NCBI RefSeq assembly: GCF_006345805.1
Contig: NW_021828419.1
Coordinates: 1 to 8,578 of the forward strand
Reading direction: 5' to 3'
DNA from: Octopus sinensis
Lineage: Eukaryota
DNA length: 8,578 bases
Every line of letters starts with the position of its first letter. Within the stretch, counting starts at the first letter, position 1. Below, one piece after another: positions 6,881 to 8,578 of the stretch. Made by a program: the position numbers and the translations under genes. Below the pieces are notes generated by a model, which saw only the letters and a program-made list of their open reading frames with translations, made no database searches and was not told where the DNA came from.

Positions 6881-7133
6881 GTATATATGTGTATCTGTGT
6901 TTGTCCCCTACACCATCGCTTGACGACTGATGCTGGTGTGTTTACGTCCCCGTAACTTAGCGGTTCGGCAAACGAGCCCAATAGAGTAAGTACTAGGCTT
7001 ACAAAGAATAATCGACCCAAGGGCTTACAAAGAATAATCCCTGGGGTCGATTTGTTCGACTAAAAGGCGGTGCTCCAGCATGTTCGCAGCCAAATGACTG
7101 AAACGAATAAAAGAATAAAAGAATAAAAGAATA
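6880..7133 (+). mobile_element. Family A SINE 3' half with (GAATAAAA)n tail
   Basis: Homologous to 5505-5728; ends in gaataaaa x3 + gaata (7105-7133). Confidence 0.85.
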
Positions 7134-7309
7134 TTCAGAGGATTCCAAACCTATCCCAATGTAATCCTTGTCCTTTGTACAGGCTGAAGATTTTCCATAT
7201 AAGGTATTCAAACTGCAAAGTTATGTATTTATTTATGTTTTGTGGGTGAAAATGTTGATTAATTAACAGATTAATTTCTATCCATTAGATCTCTCTGTTT
7301 TCAACTCGA

Positions 7310-7373
7310 TTATGTATATTATATATATATATATAATATATATATATATATACTATATATATATATATATATA
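7310..7373. repeat. (TA)n microsatellite
   Basis: Direct reading; adjacent to the mariner end (TA target). Confidence 0.95.
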
Positions 7374-7377
7374 CATG

Positions 7378-7689
7378 TACGTGCCAGGGTGAGTGAAAAA
7401 GTAATGCCATTTTGTTTAGGACAGATATAATTACCAACACAGGAACATGTATCATACATCAAAATGAAGCTGGTCTTCTGTGGATCGCATCCCTACTTCT
7501 CAACATAGTCACCGTTTCTCTCAATAGCAATGTTCCACCTTCGAATGAGAGCATGTATCCCTGCCCTATAAAATTCTGTTGACTGTTCTTTGAGCGACTT
7601 CTTCACTACAGTTTTTAATTTACTTGTCACTGGACTATCATCTCTTCGGCCCCATGAAAGAGAGTTTGAGAGGCAAACATTGTTCCAGT
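7378..7689 (-). mobile_element. Truncated mariner (Tc1/mariner) DNA transposon: 3' TIR, transposase C-terminus and an inverted internal piece
   Basis: Minus strand 7615-7493 encodes KTVVKKSLKEQSTEFYRAGIHALIRRWNIAIERNGDYVEK*, a classic mariner C-terminus. TA + TIR-like end cg(tgcc)agggtgagtgaaaaagtaatgcc at 7378-7408. DYHLFGPMKESLRGKH is encoded on the plus strand at 7633-7680. Confidence 0.9.
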
Positions 7690-7747
7690 ATGGATGCATG
7701 TTTGTATGTATGTGTAAATATATTCTGCCTGTATGTCTGTGCACACC

Positions 7748-7942
7748 TTTCAATGCAATGTATGCCAGTAGGTTTGGAAATCTAATTGAGGCCTCAAAAG
7801 AAATTTTAAGATCCACAAAGATCAGACCTTGTCTGCAGCTATTGGTAGTCCAAATCGGATATGCAATCTATGTGGGTTTCTTTTCAAAACATTGTCTGGT
7901 TTAAAAAGCCACATCAGACGCCATGTTTGTTCTAAGGTGTAG
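7748..7942 (+). pseudogene. Decayed coding remnant with two tandem C2H2 zinc fingers, probably the C-terminus of a LINE (RTE-like) ORF
   Basis: Frame reads FQCNVCQ*VWKSN*GLKRNFKIH-KDQTLSAAIGSPNRI-CNLCGFLFKTLSGLKSHIRRH-VCSKV*. Finger 2 (7862-7924) is a canonical C-x2-C-x3-F-x5-L-x2-H-x3-H. Finger 1 has two stops and H>N. A ~55-nt UTR-like stretch ending in catatatg (to ~7997) follows. Confidence 0.72.
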
Positions 7943-7999
7943 GTAAGGTACAGATGATGGTCAAACTCTGCATAAGGAGTAGACAACCACCATATATGA

Positions 8000-8418
8000 T
8001 ACAATTCAATTTTATTTCAAGATTTCTTGCCAATAGAGAAAAAGCGATTTTGTAACCCAGATCCAAGTCTCCTTCTTTGGAATTTCATCAACATCAAGAG
8101 GGTATTTTTGTAAGTATGTAAATGTGCAGATTTGTGTGTTCTGTTTTATGTATGTTTGCTATTTTCCTTCTCTTCCTCGGTCTGGCTGTTGTTGAGGTTG
8201 TGTCCAGCCATGTTGTTTGTAGTAACACTCTGCATGCTAAATTCAAGTTTCAGTCGAAAATCATTTGGATCGTGAATAAAAGGCTCCCTCAGTTAATTCA
8301 TCTGAAGATTAACCAGTTATTTAACAGGGCTCATAGTTGTGGCTCCAAAGCTGGAGAGAGTATTCATCGTATTTTCGATAAATAGTCTCCCACGCCAAAT
8401 ACGCGACTTGTAGCTCCG
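8000..8418. repeat. Unclassified interspersed repeat bounded by (TATG)n/(CATA)n-like sequence
   Basis: Complex block with a sharp junction into (TATG)n at 8418 and an internal degenerate gtaagtatgta stretch at ~8110-8120; resembles a recurrent octopus repeat from memory only. Confidence 0.42.
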
Positions 8419-8493
8419 TATGTATGTATGTATGTATGTATGTATGTATGTATGTATGTATGTATGTATGTATGTATGTATATATGTATGTAT
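8418..8493. repeat. (TATG)n microsatellite
   Basis: Direct reading. Confidence 0.97.
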
Positions 8494-8578
8494 AGGCGTT
8501 ATATACAGACAAGTAGAGAAAAATAAGAAGAAATTCATAGATAAATAGTATGAGAGACGCAAGTAATTGAGGTGTGTA

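Noticed and set aside
7493-7816. 107-aa minus-strand ORF as a complete protein
   Set aside because: Only the last 40 aa are mariner transposase; the rest reads through the inverted segment and the antisense of the zinc-finger remnant.
8023-8109. Candidate exon (ttttatttcaag acceptor, gtaagt donor, one open frame FLPIEKKRFCNPDPSLLLWNFINIKRVF)
   Set aside because: Lies within a probable interspersed repeat, the donor is part of a degenerate TATG tract, and the peptide has no recognisable motif.
1-8578. CRISPR array, prokaryotic operon or defence system
   Set aside because: No regularly spaced repeat-spacer structure, no gene-dense coding and no prokaryotic signals; the window is eukaryotic repeat DNA.

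Overview
AT-rich, repeat-saturated eukaryotic DNA, most likely an intron or intergenic region of an octopus/cephalopod genome. This is inferred from recognisable octopus-type tRNA-derived SINEs and very dense (TA)n/(TAA)n/(CATA)n microsatellites; no database search was run. No intact host gene, rRNA, tRNA or CRISPR array is supported. The first ~2.3 kb is a cluster of insertions in (TAA)n/(ATT)n arrays. It holds a 5'-truncated Dong/R4-clade LINE (CCHC knuckle + restriction-like endonuclease, one frameshift), a 473-bp unclassified non-coding element, a 23-nt tRNA-SINE-like remnant where the microsatellite changes polarity, and a second Dong 3' end in the opposite orientation. Further along are two Penelope-type minimal hammerhead ribozyme motifs, a decayed L1/Tx1-like ORF2 relic, several SINE copies (one apparently split by a later insertion), a mariner 3' end with an inverted 57-bp internal piece, and a decayed tandem C2H2 zinc-finger coding remnant that the ORF track misses. 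Almost all other listed ORFs are microsatellite artefacts. Nothing here proves a new system. The best lead is the set of different elements sharing the TAA-microsatellite niche with a TAA-targeting LINE.
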